Assembly: GCA_013314755.1 (NCBI GenBank)
Contig: JABUFA010000008.1
Location: 708 to 64,707, forward strand
Origin: Chthonomonadia bacterium
GTDB taxonomy: Bacteria > Armatimonadota > HRBIN16
Reading direction: 5' to 3'
DNA: 64,000 nucleotides
Shown: positions 38,697-48,419 of the stretch, piece by piece
How positions within the stretch are numbered: the stretch's first letter is position 1
Layout of the letters: each line of letters starts with the position of its first letter
Notes under the pieces: model-generated
Database searches by the model: none
What the model was told of the DNA's origin: nothing
The model's input: only the letters and a program-made list of their open reading frames with translations
Made by a program: the position numbers and the translations under genes

Positions 38697-39747
38697 CTTC
38701 TACCAGAGGCAGTTCCACCCAGAACACGCTTCCTTCGCCCGCTTGTGATATCGCACCATATCGCCCGTTCAGGGCTGTAACCGCTTTTTTCATGATGCTC
38801 AAACCCAGTCCCACTCCCGGATACTCTTCCACCCCATGCAGACGAACGAAGGGGGCAAAAACCCGTTCCACATCTTCCTGTGCCATGCCGATACCGTTGT
38901 CCTGCACCTCGATGCGACAGAACTCCCCTCGGGGATAAGCGCGTATATCGACGCGAACAGCCCGGTTCTTATCGCGGAACTTCAGCGCGTTGGAAACCAA
39001 GTTCTTCACCACCAGCTTGAGCAGTAGCGGGTCAGCCTCCACGACCTCACACTGCAGATCACATTCTATTTGCGCGTTTGCTGTAGCGATTTCCTGTGCC
39101 AGTTCTCTCAGAGAGTCGTCAATCAGAGGTTTCAGCCACACGCTATAAATCTCCACCTCACGCCCCAGTCGCGCGAAGGTCAGCAGGGACCCAAGCACGT
39201 TTTTCATCTCCTGCGCCGAATCGGCGATACGCTTCAGATAGTCGGCGGTCTCGCTATCCGGCGGCACTCCGGCGTCCTCGATAACCGCCTGCGCGAAGCC
39301 CTCCATCGCCCGCAGAGGTGCGCGCAGTTCGTGTGTGACGGCGTGCACGAACGCCTCCATGTCCTGATTGCGCTGGTACAGCTCCAGCGAGAGTCGCCTT
39401 GCCCGAAGCATTACTTCCACCCGTGCCTGAAGCTCCACCCGCTGAATCGGCGTGAGGATGACCTCATCAATGGATTTCCACAGATTGCGCGTTGCCAGCC
39501 CCACGTTTTGCCTCGAGGTGATAAGCAGAACGGGTAAGAAGGTCGGAAGCGCATCCTGTTTCGCCTGCAGGATGGCATCCATATAGCGCTCCAGCATGAC
39601 CCCGTCCACGACGATAAGGTCACACGCGCGCAGGGAGCCGCGGTAACGCTCCTCATCCAGCGCGACGACCGCATAGCGGTCTGCCAGAGCCTCCTCCAGC
39701 AGGCGCAGGTTTGTCCTGTTTGAGAGTATCACGAGCAGGCGGTTCAT
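38665..39747 (-). CDS. Cytoplasmic histidine kinase with a degenerate N-terminal receiver
   Basis: ATG overlaps the kaiC stop (ATGA); CDLIVVDG, THELRAPL, NLVSNALKF, DNGIG, GVGLGL. No TM segment. Confidence 0.87.
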   Translation of the reverse strand: MNRLLVILSNRTNLRLLEEALADRYAVVALDEERYRGSLRACDLIVVDGVMLERYMDAILQAKQDALPTFLPVLLITSRQNVGLATRNLWKSIDEVILTPIQRVELQARVEVMLRARRLSLELYQRNQDMEAFVHAVTHELRAPLRAMEGFAQAVIEDAGVPPDSETADYLKRIADSAQEMKNVLGSLLTFARLGREVEIYSVWLKPLIDDSLRELAQEIATANAQIECDLQCEVVEADPLLLKLVVKNLVSNALKFRDKNRAVRVDIRAYPRGEFCRIEVQDNGIGMAQEDVERVFAPFVRLHGVEEYPGVGLGLSIMKKAVTALNGRYGAISQAGEGSVFWVELPLVEGESDESAAGR

Positions 39748-41198
39748 TGCTCTTCTTCCCACACCGGAGTGTCCGCCACGATGTGACGCAGGGTGGAAAT
39801 GGGATGCCCTATCCAGATACCCTGTGAGGTGATTCGGAACTCGCGGAGGGTGTGGTCGAAGTCGCCGAGCCGCTTCTTTAGCACCCCAATCACCCGCGTG
39901 AGTTCCGCCCGCGTGGGCGTGTATTTTTCGGCGTAGCGCAGGAACAACACCGTATCCGCCAGATAGCTCAGCCCCACCTCGCTGATCAGCAGGGGACCAG
40001 ACACGGTGTGCGTCTCGTTGATAAGAAGCGTCACCACCCCGCGACTCTGCAGCCATTTGCACAGCGCATGTAACTGCCCCACCAGGTCCTCGCCGTGCAG
40101 TGCCAGCCGATAACCTGCCACACTGTCTATCATCACGATGCGCGTCCCATGTTTCTCCACCTCTTCGCGCACCATGTAGGCGAACTCTATGGCAGAGTGC
40201 TGAAGCGGTTCTACCTTTACCAGCGAGATCTTACCCTGCTCCGTCATCTCCGCCGCGGGGATACCCACCGAGGCACACCGGTTCAGAATAAGCGGCACTT
40301 CTTCCTCGAAGGTGTACACCACCGAGCGTTCGCCCCGTGTGGCTGCTTCCTTCATGAACTGCATTCCCAGCGTGGTTTTGCCCACCCCGCTTGCGCCCGT
40401 TATCAGCACAATGGTGCCGCGCTCCAGCCCGCCATGCAACAGCTGGTCCAGCGCAGGCACACCGGACGAAATCTGCTCCTGAACGGCGGTGAAACGTTCT
40501 GGCTCCGGGAGCAGTTGCGGATACACATGCACACCCTGGCTGTTGATTCGCAAGGCGTGCACTCCGGTCCGAAACCCGCTACCCCGCATCTTGGTCACGC
40601 TCACACGTCGATGTCCGCCGTTCATCTCCAGATGGATAATGCCGTCGCTCAGTGACTGGAGGTCGTCATCCGGGGCAAGAGCACTGCTCTCAGAAGTGAA
40701 CATCACCGTTGCGCCCTGCTCGGTGAGGAAACGCAGAAACGACAGCACCTGCTTGCGATATTCAAACTCGTTGGGGGTGAGATACCGGAAGTGAGTCATC
40801 GAGTCCACAAACACGCGCTGAGGCTGTAAACGGGACACAGTTTCCACCAGCAGCTGAGTAAGCGGGGAACGCTCTACCTCCGCGGGTGCAAACAGGTCGT
40901 ATGCCTGCGCCTGAGCAAAAAACTCCGAAGATGGGCTGAGGTCTAAGAAGTGTACCCAGCGCAGGTTCAGCCCCACGCTGGCGGCGTTCTGGCGGATTTT
41001 GCGCTCAGACTCATCCAGCGCCACGAACAGGCTGTTTTCCCGCCGCGTGCCTGCCGCCAGGAAGTGTAACCCAATCAGCGTCTTGCCTGTGCCCGGCGCA
41101 CCCCGCAGAAGATACGCCCTCTGGGGGATGAGACCGCCCCCCAGTATCTCATCCAGCCCCGAAATACCTGTGGATATTCGCCGGGGTGCTTTGTGCAT
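39744..41198 (-). CDS. KaiC/GvpD/RAD55-like double-domain ATPase
   Basis: Two RecA domains: GAPGTGKT ... KMRG and GASGVGKT, FEE ... KKR. Phosphosite-equivalent LSYLAD. Confidence 0.9.
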   Translation of the reverse strand: MHKAPRRISTGISGLDEILGGGLIPQRAYLLRGAPGTGKTLIGLHFLAAGTRRENSLFVALDESERKIRQNAASVGLNLRWVHFLDLSPSSEFFAQAQAYDLFAPAEVERSPLTQLLVETVSRLQPQRVFVDSMTHFRYLTPNEFEYRKQVLSFLRFLTEQGATVMFTSESSALAPDDDLQSLSDGIIHLEMNGGHRRVSVTKMRGSGFRTGVHALRINSQGVHVYPQLLPEPERFTAVQEQISSGVPALDQLLHGGLERGTIVLITGASGVGKTTLGMQFMKEAATRGERSVVYTFEEEVPLILNRCASVGIPAAEMTEQGKISLVKVEPLQHSAIEFAYMVREEVEKHGTRIVMIDSVAGYRLALHGEDLVGQLHALCKWLQSRGVVTLLINETHTVSGPLLISEVGLSYLADTVLFLRYAEKYTPTRAELTRVIGVLKKRLGDFDHTLREFRITSQGIWIGHPISTLRHIVADTPVWEEEQ

Positions 41199-41281
41199 CG
41201 CGTCACCACCACGCTCTGAAGGCAGATTTACTTTTTTTCTTGCAAATGCAGAGAAGTTCCTGCTTCTGGTACAGGGTGACC

Positions 41282-42226
41282 CTAACTCTCAGCCATCGGC
41301 GTCTTTTTCATGAACTCCAGCGTCTCTTCCAGCGAGCGCACGCCGGTGGTAGCGCCCAGAGCGGTCACGCACAGAGCGCCCACCGCGTTGGCGAACCGTC
41401 CGGTCTGCTCCAGGTCCCATCCTTTCACTACGCCCGTCAGGAACCCTGCAGCGAACGCATCGCCTGCGCCCAGCGCGTCCACCGCCTGCACCTGATAGCG
41501 GGGGATAGCCAGCTTCACGTCGCGGGTGCGGATATAGCATCCCCGTTCGCCCATCTTCAGACCGACCACCTTCACGCCGTGGTCCAGAAACACCTGCGCG
41601 ATGTCCTCCGGGTCTTCTTTGCCCGTGAGCATCTTCGCTTCCTCGATGCTGGGTATCATGTAGTCCACATAGGGCAGGCAGGGCTTGACCGTTTGCATCC
41701 ATCCACTGCTGGTGTTCCACACGGTATCAAAGCTGGTGATGACGCCCATCTCCTTCGCGCGGCGCAGGAGCTCCGCCGTTGGTTCGCCGTCGATACCGGG
41801 CATCACCAGCGCGCCCGCCACATGCAGAACCTTGCTCTGGCGCACAATGTCCATATCCACATCTTCCAGACGCAGGGCAGCGTTCGCGCCGATGTAGTGC
41901 AGGAACGAGCGTTCTCCGTCGCTGTGCACCATCACCATCGTGGCGCTGGTAGCTTCCTTCTCGTCGCGCTTCACGCCGCGCGTGTCAATACCGTGCTTTT
42001 GCAATACCTGCACCAGAAAATCGCCGAAGCCGTCGTTGCCCACCTTGCCGATGACCGCCGTTTTGATGCCAATCTTCGCCAGCGAGACGCCGGTGTTCGC
42101 CGCACAGCCGCCGCTGTGCAGTTCCATCCGTTCCACCAGATTCAGCCGACCGCGCTCGGGATAGGTGTCAATCGGCTTCCCGACGACATCGGCAACCAGG
42201 ATGCCCAGACAGGTTACCTCGTACAT
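41282..42226 (-). CDS. PfkB family carbohydrate kinase
   Basis: GGCAANT, GKVGNDGFG, DALGAGDAFAAG. Confidence 0.9.
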   Translation of the reverse strand: MYEVTCLGILVADVVGKPIDTYPERGRLNLVERMELHSGGCAANTGVSLAKIGIKTAVIGKVGNDGFGDFLVQVLQKHGIDTRGVKRDEKEATSATMVMVHSDGERSFLHYIGANAALRLEDVDMDIVRQSKVLHVAGALVMPGIDGEPTAELLRRAKEMGVITSFDTVWNTSSGWMQTVKPCLPYVDYMIPSIEEAKMLTGKEDPEDIAQVFLDHGVKVVGLKMGERGCYIRTRDVKLAIPRYQVQAVDALGAGDAFAAGFLTGVVKGWDLEQTGRFANAVGALCVTALGATTGVRSLEETLEFMKKTPMAES

Positions 42227-42256
42227 GCGCTTTGCACCCTCCTTGTTCGTTTGATC

Positions 42257-43045
42257 TTACTCATCGGGCAGGCGAAACTGCTCATCGGGGATAATCTCCG
42301 GCTCTGGCGGAAGCACAATCACGCCGTAGTTTATCAACAGCGCGCGCGTCCAGTACACCACCGCCAGCGATGCGAAGCCGGAGTACATCAGCGCAAGCCC
42401 CACCACGCTGAAGAAGCAGAAAATGCCCCACACAGCGATGATGGCGAACATCCCCGCGCTGAACGGCAGGTTGCCAATGGTCAACAGCAGTGACCGCCGA
42501 AGCACCCGCCTCAGCCAGCTCGCTTTGCTCTGCTCGCCTTTGTAGGCCCCAAAGATGTGCTCCACCAGAAGCGGATATTGATACAGCATCGCGGTTATCC
42601 ACAACAGCAACAGATACAGAATCACCACCCCGAAAATGCGCATGAACACCAGCGGACTCTGCAGATACAACGCCATGTTTATGAATATCACAAGGGTCAC
42701 GAAGGTCTGAATCACCGACAACCACAGCGTTTTCCATCCCAGCCCCCGCCATGCCTCCACAAAGCACAGCAGGGAAGGCTCATCGCGGGTGGCGATGCGA
42801 TAGGCGAGGTACACACAAGCTGTCCATACCTCGGCAAGCAGGATTGCGCCCACAAAGATCCCTGCCAGAACCACCAGTACCTGCTGGGTGCGCACCAGCG
42901 TGCCGATTGCTAAGGACACAGCCCCCAGCATGGCAAACCATAGCAGACTGCTGGCAAGGGTCAAGCCCAGTCGGTCGTAGGCGTCGCCCGTTGCCTGGCG
43001 CAGGGCTTTGAAGAAAGTCACGGTGGGAGAAGCAGGCTTTTCCAT
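42257..43045 (-). CDS. Membrane protein (DUF624-like)
   Basis: About 5-6 hydrophobic segments; co-oriented between the secreted gene and pfkB. Confidence 0.6.
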   Translation of the reverse strand: MEKPASPTVTFFKALRQATGDAYDRLGLTLASSLLWFAMLGAVSLAIGTLVRTQQVLVVLAGIFVGAILLAEVWTACVYLAYRIATRDEPSLLCFVEAWRGLGWKTLWLSVIQTFVTLVIFINMALYLQSPLVFMRIFGVVILYLLLLWITAMLYQYPLLVEHIFGAYKGEQSKASWLRRVLRRSLLLTIGNLPFSAGMFAIIAVWGIFCFFSVVGLALMYSGFASLAVVYWTRALLINYGVIVLPPEPEIIPDEQFRLPDE

Positions 43046-43054
43046 ACGATGAAC

Positions 43055-45541
43055 CTACCTAACCGGCGGTTTGACCGTGCCCTGTGGGATGATGTTCTCG
43101 GCGGTGAGGAGCACCACATCACACCACTGCACGTAGGGCGTGCTCGTGTCGCCCACACGATTCACCACCCTCAGCTCCAGCGTGTGGAATCCGGGCGACA
43201 GCCTGACCGTTCCCAGGCGCGCCCACCCGAACCCTTCGCCGTACTCGCCGACCACCACGTTGCTTTCGGGGGGCTGGGGCGCGTTGTCGTCGATGCTCCA
43301 CAACAGCGGTGAAACGCCTTCGGTGCGCCGCGCCACCCACATGGTGTAGTTTCCTTCCTCTTTCACCGCGAATCGATAACGCAGGAAATAGCCGCGCGCT
43401 GGCGGGTCATTATAGTTCTCCAGGCGAACAACCTTGCCGTCGCTTGCCCAGGTGCGTTCCAGCACCTCGTCGAAGTTGCTCTCGTCCGCCGTTTCCGCCT
43501 CCATCCACAGGTACTGCGCGAGACGCTGGATCAGCTCGTTCAATGCCTCGCTGGCAAGCAGATAGGCGGTGTACACCTGCCCCGACCGCAGGTTATCGCG
43601 AGCCTGTTGCCAGCGGAAGCGTGCTGTGCCCACATCCGTACGGCGCGACTCGCCCAGCTTGATCAATCGCGCCAGCTCGTTGACGGCATCTTCCGCTGCC
43701 TCCACGGGGAACAGGCTGCCGCTGTTGGTAAACACCACGGGCACCGTGGGCAGATTCATCGAAAAGTTGCGCCCCTTGCCGCTGACCTTGACCGGCGTGC
43801 CATCGGGCAGCTGCGCGGTGAACACGCGCGGCTCGGTCAGGCGGAAGCTGGTTTTGCGCTCCCTGTCCACCGCCCACATCACGTACTGCTGACCGCCAAG
43901 CGTGCTGATTTGATAGGCGCGATAGTTCTGCCCCACGTTGACGATGGCTCCCGAGCGCACGGAAGGAAGCCACCACACGTCGCCCGGCAGCTTCTTTACC
44001 TCGCAGATGCCCGAAGCGGACTGGGGGAAGAACAGCACCTTCGGCGGTTTCTGCCACTCGGCGTTCGCCTGCGCGGACTGCTGGAAAGAGCGGAGCCACT
44101 GCAGAACCGCCGCGTCTACCGTGTTCGCACTGACGCGGAAGAACCAACCCCGACTTCCCGCCTGAGCCAGCGTTTCGGCTTCGCTGTGCAGGGTCTGGCT
44201 ATCGGCGTAGTCCTGTTTGATGTCGCGCGTGACCAGGGCGACCAGCCACGTCGGGCGCACGCTTTCGGTCGCCTGTCCCATCGCCAGAGCCATTGATTTC
44301 GTGGCGAGGTTGAAACCGCGCTCCGACGTCACCACCAGCAAGCCGTCCACGCCCGGCTGGTTCTGAGTGCTGACATACACCGGGTGGAACTTCTGCCAGC
44401 CTAACAGCACCGGCACATCCGCCACGTGCATGCGCAGAACCGATGCCATCCGGTCCGCCGCGTTCTGCAGAGACTCGCGCAGATACTGGCTGACATCTGT
44501 CCAGTAGGCGCATCTTGCGGATTCCACCCGTCGCAGGTTGCCCGTTTTGAGGTCGTAGAGCAATGGGAGCCCCTTCAGACCGCGCCAGAGCGCCAGCTGG
44601 CGTGCCGCGTCGGCGAACGACTCCAGATTGCGCTCGGAGAGCGCCCACGCGCTCATCAGGTTCTCCAGCGTCTGGTACTTGCGTGCCAGAAACGCTTCGA
44701 AGCCCAGCCGAAACATCTGCGACGACGGCACGATGCCCTGGTCATCCGAAGGCAGGGTCCATCGTCCGAGCGGGTCGGCGAAGAAGCGAAGCCCCTTGCC
44801 AAAGCGCACTTTGCCCAGCGTCTGCAGGATGCTGTCGCGCCAGGCGTCGTAGCCGTCCCACACGTCGGGCACGAACCCCGCCGAATCCGCCAGCGGACGG
44901 TGCGGATAAGCCACCATCACCGCGCGCACGCCCTCCGATATCTGCAGGGGCAGGCGACCGATACCCTGCTCCACGCTGGCACGCGAGTGGCTCAGCACGC
45001 TGTTATCATGGGTATCCACGACAAAGGTGAGTGCATGATCGGCGTACGGCGTGCGAAAGACGACCACCCCGCTCTGGATGATGTTGGCGATACGGTTGGA
45101 TGCGGGCGCGACCACATAGCCCTGAGCGATGGGCAGACCCGCCTCGCCCAGCGAGATGCCGTAGCGGAGGTTGCGCGACTCCAGCGCGTCCACGAACCTC
45201 TGCCACCGCTCGGGGGGCACGGTGCTTCCCGCTTCGCGCGGCACCACGCACACGTCCGTTATCCCCGCCTGAGCGAGCGCATCCAGCACCTGCTCGTCGC
45301 GCTGGAAATCGGCTTCGGTGGCATCCGCCCGCAGAGACTGTGGGCTGAACCACACGCCCGCCGGCAGATAGACCGCCCCGTCCCATTGCAGGCTGTGTGC
45401 GGGGGTTACCTGCCAGCGATGTGTTCCCCCGTCACGGTCGGTAAAAATACCCTGCCCTGCTACCAGCCCCTGGGCGTTCACCCCTGGAGCAGTAACCAGC
45501 AGGACCGCCCACGCCACCAGAGCGGCGACTCCCTTTCTCAC
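43055..45541 (-). CDS. Large secreted hypothetical protein with a C-terminal carbohydrate-binding-like module
   Basis: Signal peptide (VNA|Q); C-terminal WMEAE...GNYTMWV...LSPGFHTLELR...DVVLLT. Confidence 0.7.
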   Translation of the reverse strand: MRKGVAALVAWAVLLVTAPGVNAQGLVAGQGIFTDRDGGTHRWQVTPAHSLQWDGAVYLPAGVWFSPQSLRADATEADFQRDEQVLDALAQAGITDVCVVPREAGSTVPPERWQRFVDALESRNLRYGISLGEAGLPIAQGYVVAPASNRIANIIQSGVVVFRTPYADHALTFVVDTHDNSVLSHSRASVEQGIGRLPLQISEGVRAVMVAYPHRPLADSAGFVPDVWDGYDAWRDSILQTLGKVRFGKGLRFFADPLGRWTLPSDDQGIVPSSQMFRLGFEAFLARKYQTLENLMSAWALSERNLESFADAARQLALWRGLKGLPLLYDLKTGNLRRVESARCAYWTDVSQYLRESLQNAADRMASVLRMHVADVPVLLGWQKFHPVYVSTQNQPGVDGLLVVTSERGFNLATKSMALAMGQATESVRPTWLVALVTRDIKQDYADSQTLHSEAETLAQAGSRGWFFRVSANTVDAAVLQWLRSFQQSAQANAEWQKPPKVLFFPQSASGICEVKKLPGDVWWLPSVRSGAIVNVGQNYRAYQISTLGGQQYVMWAVDRERKTSFRLTEPRVFTAQLPDGTPVKVSGKGRNFSMNLPTVPVVFTNSGSLFPVEAAEDAVNELARLIKLGESRRTDVGTARFRWQQARDNLRSGQVYTAYLLASEALNELIQRLAQYLWMEAETADESNFDEVLERTWASDGKVVRLENYNDPPARGYFLRYRFAVKEEGNYTMWVARRTEGVSPLLWSIDDNAPQPPESNVVVGEYGEGFGWARLGTVRLSPGFHTLELRVVNRVGDTSTPYVQWCDVVLLTAENIIPQGTVKPPVR

Positions 45542-45659
45542 CTGCTACTCACCTCTGCTAATACATTGACATATACGCTTTCGCCTTCGGGGCGGGGTGT
45601 TCCTGCCGAGAGGGTTTTCGCGTCCGGGTTGCGAATCATACGCCAGCAGGTACTGTGAT

Positions 45660-46346
45660 ATGATAGAGATCCAGGAAGTGTCGGTGACATATCCCAACGG
45701 CGTGCATGCGCTGAGGAACATCAACCTGCGCGTGGAAAAGGGGGAGTTCGTGTTTCTGGTAGGGGCGACGGGAGCGGGCAAGTCTACTCTACTCAAACTC
45801 ATCACGCGCGAAGTCGTGCCAACGACCGGCAAAGTGATTGTCGCCGGGCGCAACGTTGCCGAAATCCCACCGCACGAAGTGCCCTACTATCGCCGGACGA
45901 TGGGCGTGGTGTTTCAGGATTTCGGACTCCTGCCCAACAAGACGGTGTGGGAGAACGTGGCGTTCGCCCTGCGCGTGCTGGGACTGCCCCGCAAGGAGAT
46001 TCGCAAGCGCACCGCCCACGCTCTTGAACTGGTCGGTCTGCTCAAACGGTGCAATAGCTTCCCGGCGCAGTTATCGGGCGGGGAGGCGCAGCGAGTGGCG
46101 ATTGCCCGCGCCATCGCCAACGACCCACCCCTCCTGCTGGCGGATGAACCGACGGGCAACCTGGACCCCGATACTTCGTGGGACATTATGCAACTGCTCA
46201 GCCATATCAATATTCGCGGCACCACGGTGCTGGTCGCCAGTCACGATAAATACGTGATTGACCGGATGCGCAAGCGCGTGGTGATGTTAGAACGCGGTAC
46301 TATCATCAGCGATGTGCCCTGTGGGGTGTATGCACATGAACCTTAG
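45660..46346 (+). CDS. ftsE: Cell division ATP-binding protein
   Basis: GATGAGKST, VVFQDF, LSGGEAQR, ADEPTGNLD; followed by ftsX. Confidence 0.93.
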   Translation: MIEIQEVSVTYPNGVHALRNINLRVEKGEFVFLVGATGAGKSTLLKLITREVVPTTGKVIVAGRNVAEIPPHEVPYYRRTMGVVFQDFGLLPNKTVWENVAFALRVLGLPRKEIRKRTAHALELVGLLKRCNSFPAQLSGGEAQRVAIARAIANDPPLLLADEPTGNLDPDTSWDIMQLLSHINIRGTTVLVASHDKYVIDRMRKRVVMLERGTIISDVPCGVYAHEP

Positions 46347-47220
46347 CCACGTGGAGTTTCTGATTGAAGAGGCTCTGGTGAACCTGCGTCGCAACGGCTT
46401 GATGACCTTAGCGGCAATCGGCACGGTGGCGCTGGCGCTGGCGGTGTTCGGCGGGTTCGGGCTGATTGTGTGGAGGTTAGAGAACCTGGCAAACAGCCTG
46501 CCGCCCAAGTTCGCCATTGATGTTTTCCTGAAGGATAGCGTCTCGCGCGAGCGGGCGCTGGAACTGCAAAAGCAGATACAGAAACACCCCGACATCGCAC
46601 AGGTCACCTTCAAGCCCAAGGAGCAGGCGTGGCCCGAGTTCCAGAAGGAGCTCCAGCAGGAGATTACCGCCGCCCTGCCGTATAACCCCTTACCCGATAG
46701 TTTCATCATTCAGGTCAAAGACCCATCGCGCACGGGAGCGGTCAGCGCGTGGCTGAAGAGCTTGCCGGAAGTGGACGCCGTGCGCGACGCCAAAGAAGAG
46801 GTGGACATCATCCTGTCGGTGGCGGCGGTGGTACGCTGGATTGGCATCGGTGGAACGCTCCTTCTGCTGATTGCCACCAGCGTGATTATCTACAACGCGG
46901 TTCGGTTGACCGTCTTCGCCCGGCGGCGCGAGATACGTATCATGCAGCTCATCGGCGCCACGTCGGGCACGATTCGCACGCCGTTTGTGCTGGAAGGAGT
47001 GGTGCAGGGCGTGCTGGGCGCGTGGATTGCCTGCGGGTTAATTCTGGGCGTGTCGCAGCTGGTCTCGCACTTCGTGATGCGCAAGCTGGTGTTCATCGAC
47101 AGCCTGGGAGGTGCGCCCTTGCCGTTCTGGGTGGTGTTCCTGGTGCTGACCCTGCTGGGCGCAGCGATAGGGGGTGCGGTCAGCGTGCTCTCCGTCCGAA
47201 AATACCTGCAGGCAGTGTAA
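46336..47220 (+). CDS. ftsX: Cell division permease-like protein
   Basis: NLRRNGLMT, NPLPDS, RLTVFARRREIRIMQLIGAT, PFVLEG. Confidence 0.93.
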   Translation: MNLSHVEFLIEEALVNLRRNGLMTLAAIGTVALALAVFGGFGLIVWRLENLANSLPPKFAIDVFLKDSVSRERALELQKQIQKHPDIAQVTFKPKEQAWPEFQKELQQEITAALPYNPLPDSFIIQVKDPSRTGAVSAWLKSLPEVDAVRDAKEEVDIILSVAAVVRWIGIGGTLLLLIATSVIIYNAVRLTVFARRREIRIMQLIGATSGTIRTPFVLEGVVQGVLGAWIACGLILGVSQLVSHFVMRKLVFIDSLGGAPLPFWVVFLVLTLLGAAIGGAVSVLSVRKYLQAV

Positions 47221-47239
47221 GGCGAAAAGGGGGTGTATC

Positions 47240-48397
47240 ATGGGGTTACGCAGGGGATGGCTGATTAGCCTGCTTATTGTTCTGTCCGTTTTGTGTGCGG
47301 CGCTGGCGGCGCCGCCCCAGCAAGCCTCCAAACCGTCCACCGCCAAAAAAGCCGAACTGCAGGCGAAACTGGAACGGGTCAAAAAGCAGATCCGGCAGGT
47401 TCGAGCAGAGGTGCGGCAAATCCGCAGGCGCGAGCGCGCCGTGACCGCCGACCTGCTGGCGACCGAGCAGAACCTGGATGCCACCCGCCAACGCCTACAT
47501 GCTGTGCGTGCGCGATTGAGTGCCGTACGCTCCCTTCAGCGCAAAACCGCCGCCCGCCTGAAAGAGCTGGAAGGGCGTCTGCAACAGCGTCAGCAGCTGC
47601 TGGCGCGTCGGGTGCGCGTGGCATACCAGCAGGGCAACGCCAGCACGGTGCGCGTATTGCTCGGCTCGCGCGATGTGCATGACCTCATCAGCCGGTCGTA
47701 TGTGCTGGGGCGCATCGCCCGGGCGGACTCGCGGCTGGTGCTTGCCATCCAGCAGGACCGGCAGGAGGTGGCTCAGGCGAAGGCGCAGCTGGACCGACAG
47801 GCGCAGGAAATCGCCCAGCTGGAGGCAGAGCTGGCACAGCAGACGCGCCTTCTGCAGGAACAGACCGAAGCGAAGCGCGAGATTCTGCAGGACATCGCCC
47901 GTGACCGCGCCCTGAAGGAACAGGCACTGGACGAGTGGGAAGAGGAGTCGCGCCAGATTGCGGCCATGCTCCGCGCGATGGAGCAGACCCCGCGTGGTCA
48001 GGCGCGGCTGGCGAAACCGTTCCGCGGAGGGTTCATCCGCCCTGTTAACGGCGCAATTGTTTCGGGGTTCGGAATGCGCTACCATCCCATCCTGAAGGTC
48101 AACCGGATGCATAACGGCGTGGACATCGCCGCACCGTACGGCACACCTATCAAAGCGGCTGCTGCCGGTGAGGTGATTTTCGCCGGTTACCGCCGCGGCT
48201 ACGGCAACACGGTCATCATCGACCACGGTGGGGGAGTGGCTACGCTGTATGCGCACTGCTCTGCGCTGGCGGTTGGCGAGGGAGCGGTGGTCAAGCAGGG
48301 TCAGGTGATTGGCTACGTGGGCGCAACGGGTCTGGCGACGGGACCGCATCTGCATTTCGAGGTGCGCCACAACGGCGAGCCGGTGAACCCGCTGTAA
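47240..48397 (+). CDS. EnvC-like coiled-coil M23 peptidase
   Basis: Signal peptide, long coiled coil, intact HNGVD (HxxxD) and HLH zinc motifs. Confidence 0.88.
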   Translation: MGLRRGWLISLLIVLSVLCAALAAPPQQASKPSTAKKAELQAKLERVKKQIRQVRAEVRQIRRRERAVTADLLATEQNLDATRQRLHAVRARLSAVRSLQRKTAARLKELEGRLQQRQQLLARRVRVAYQQGNASTVRVLLGSRDVHDLISRSYVLGRIARADSRLVLAIQQDRQEVAQAKAQLDRQAQEIAQLEAELAQQTRLLQEQTEAKREILQDIARDRALKEQALDEWEEESRQIAAMLRAMEQTPRGQARLAKPFRGGFIRPVNGAIVSGFGMRYHPILKVNRMHNGVDIAAPYGTPIKAAAAGEVIFAGYRRGYGNTVIIDHGGGVATLYAHCSALAVGEGAVVKQGQVIGYVGATGLATGPHLHFEVRHNGEPVNPL

Positions 48398-48419
48398 CAG
48401 GGTTGCCGCTTTACCGATA

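Noticed and set aside
37188-38780. Long plus-strand ORF (likewise 9669-10994, 21142-22407, 22975-24207, 41186-42493, 44426-45658)
   Set aside because: These lie antisense to well-supported genes and are typical high-GC shadow frames.
42595-42603. Perfect DnaA box TTATCCACA
   Set aside because: Single copy inside a CDS, with no cluster or AT-rich unwinding region, so not oriC.
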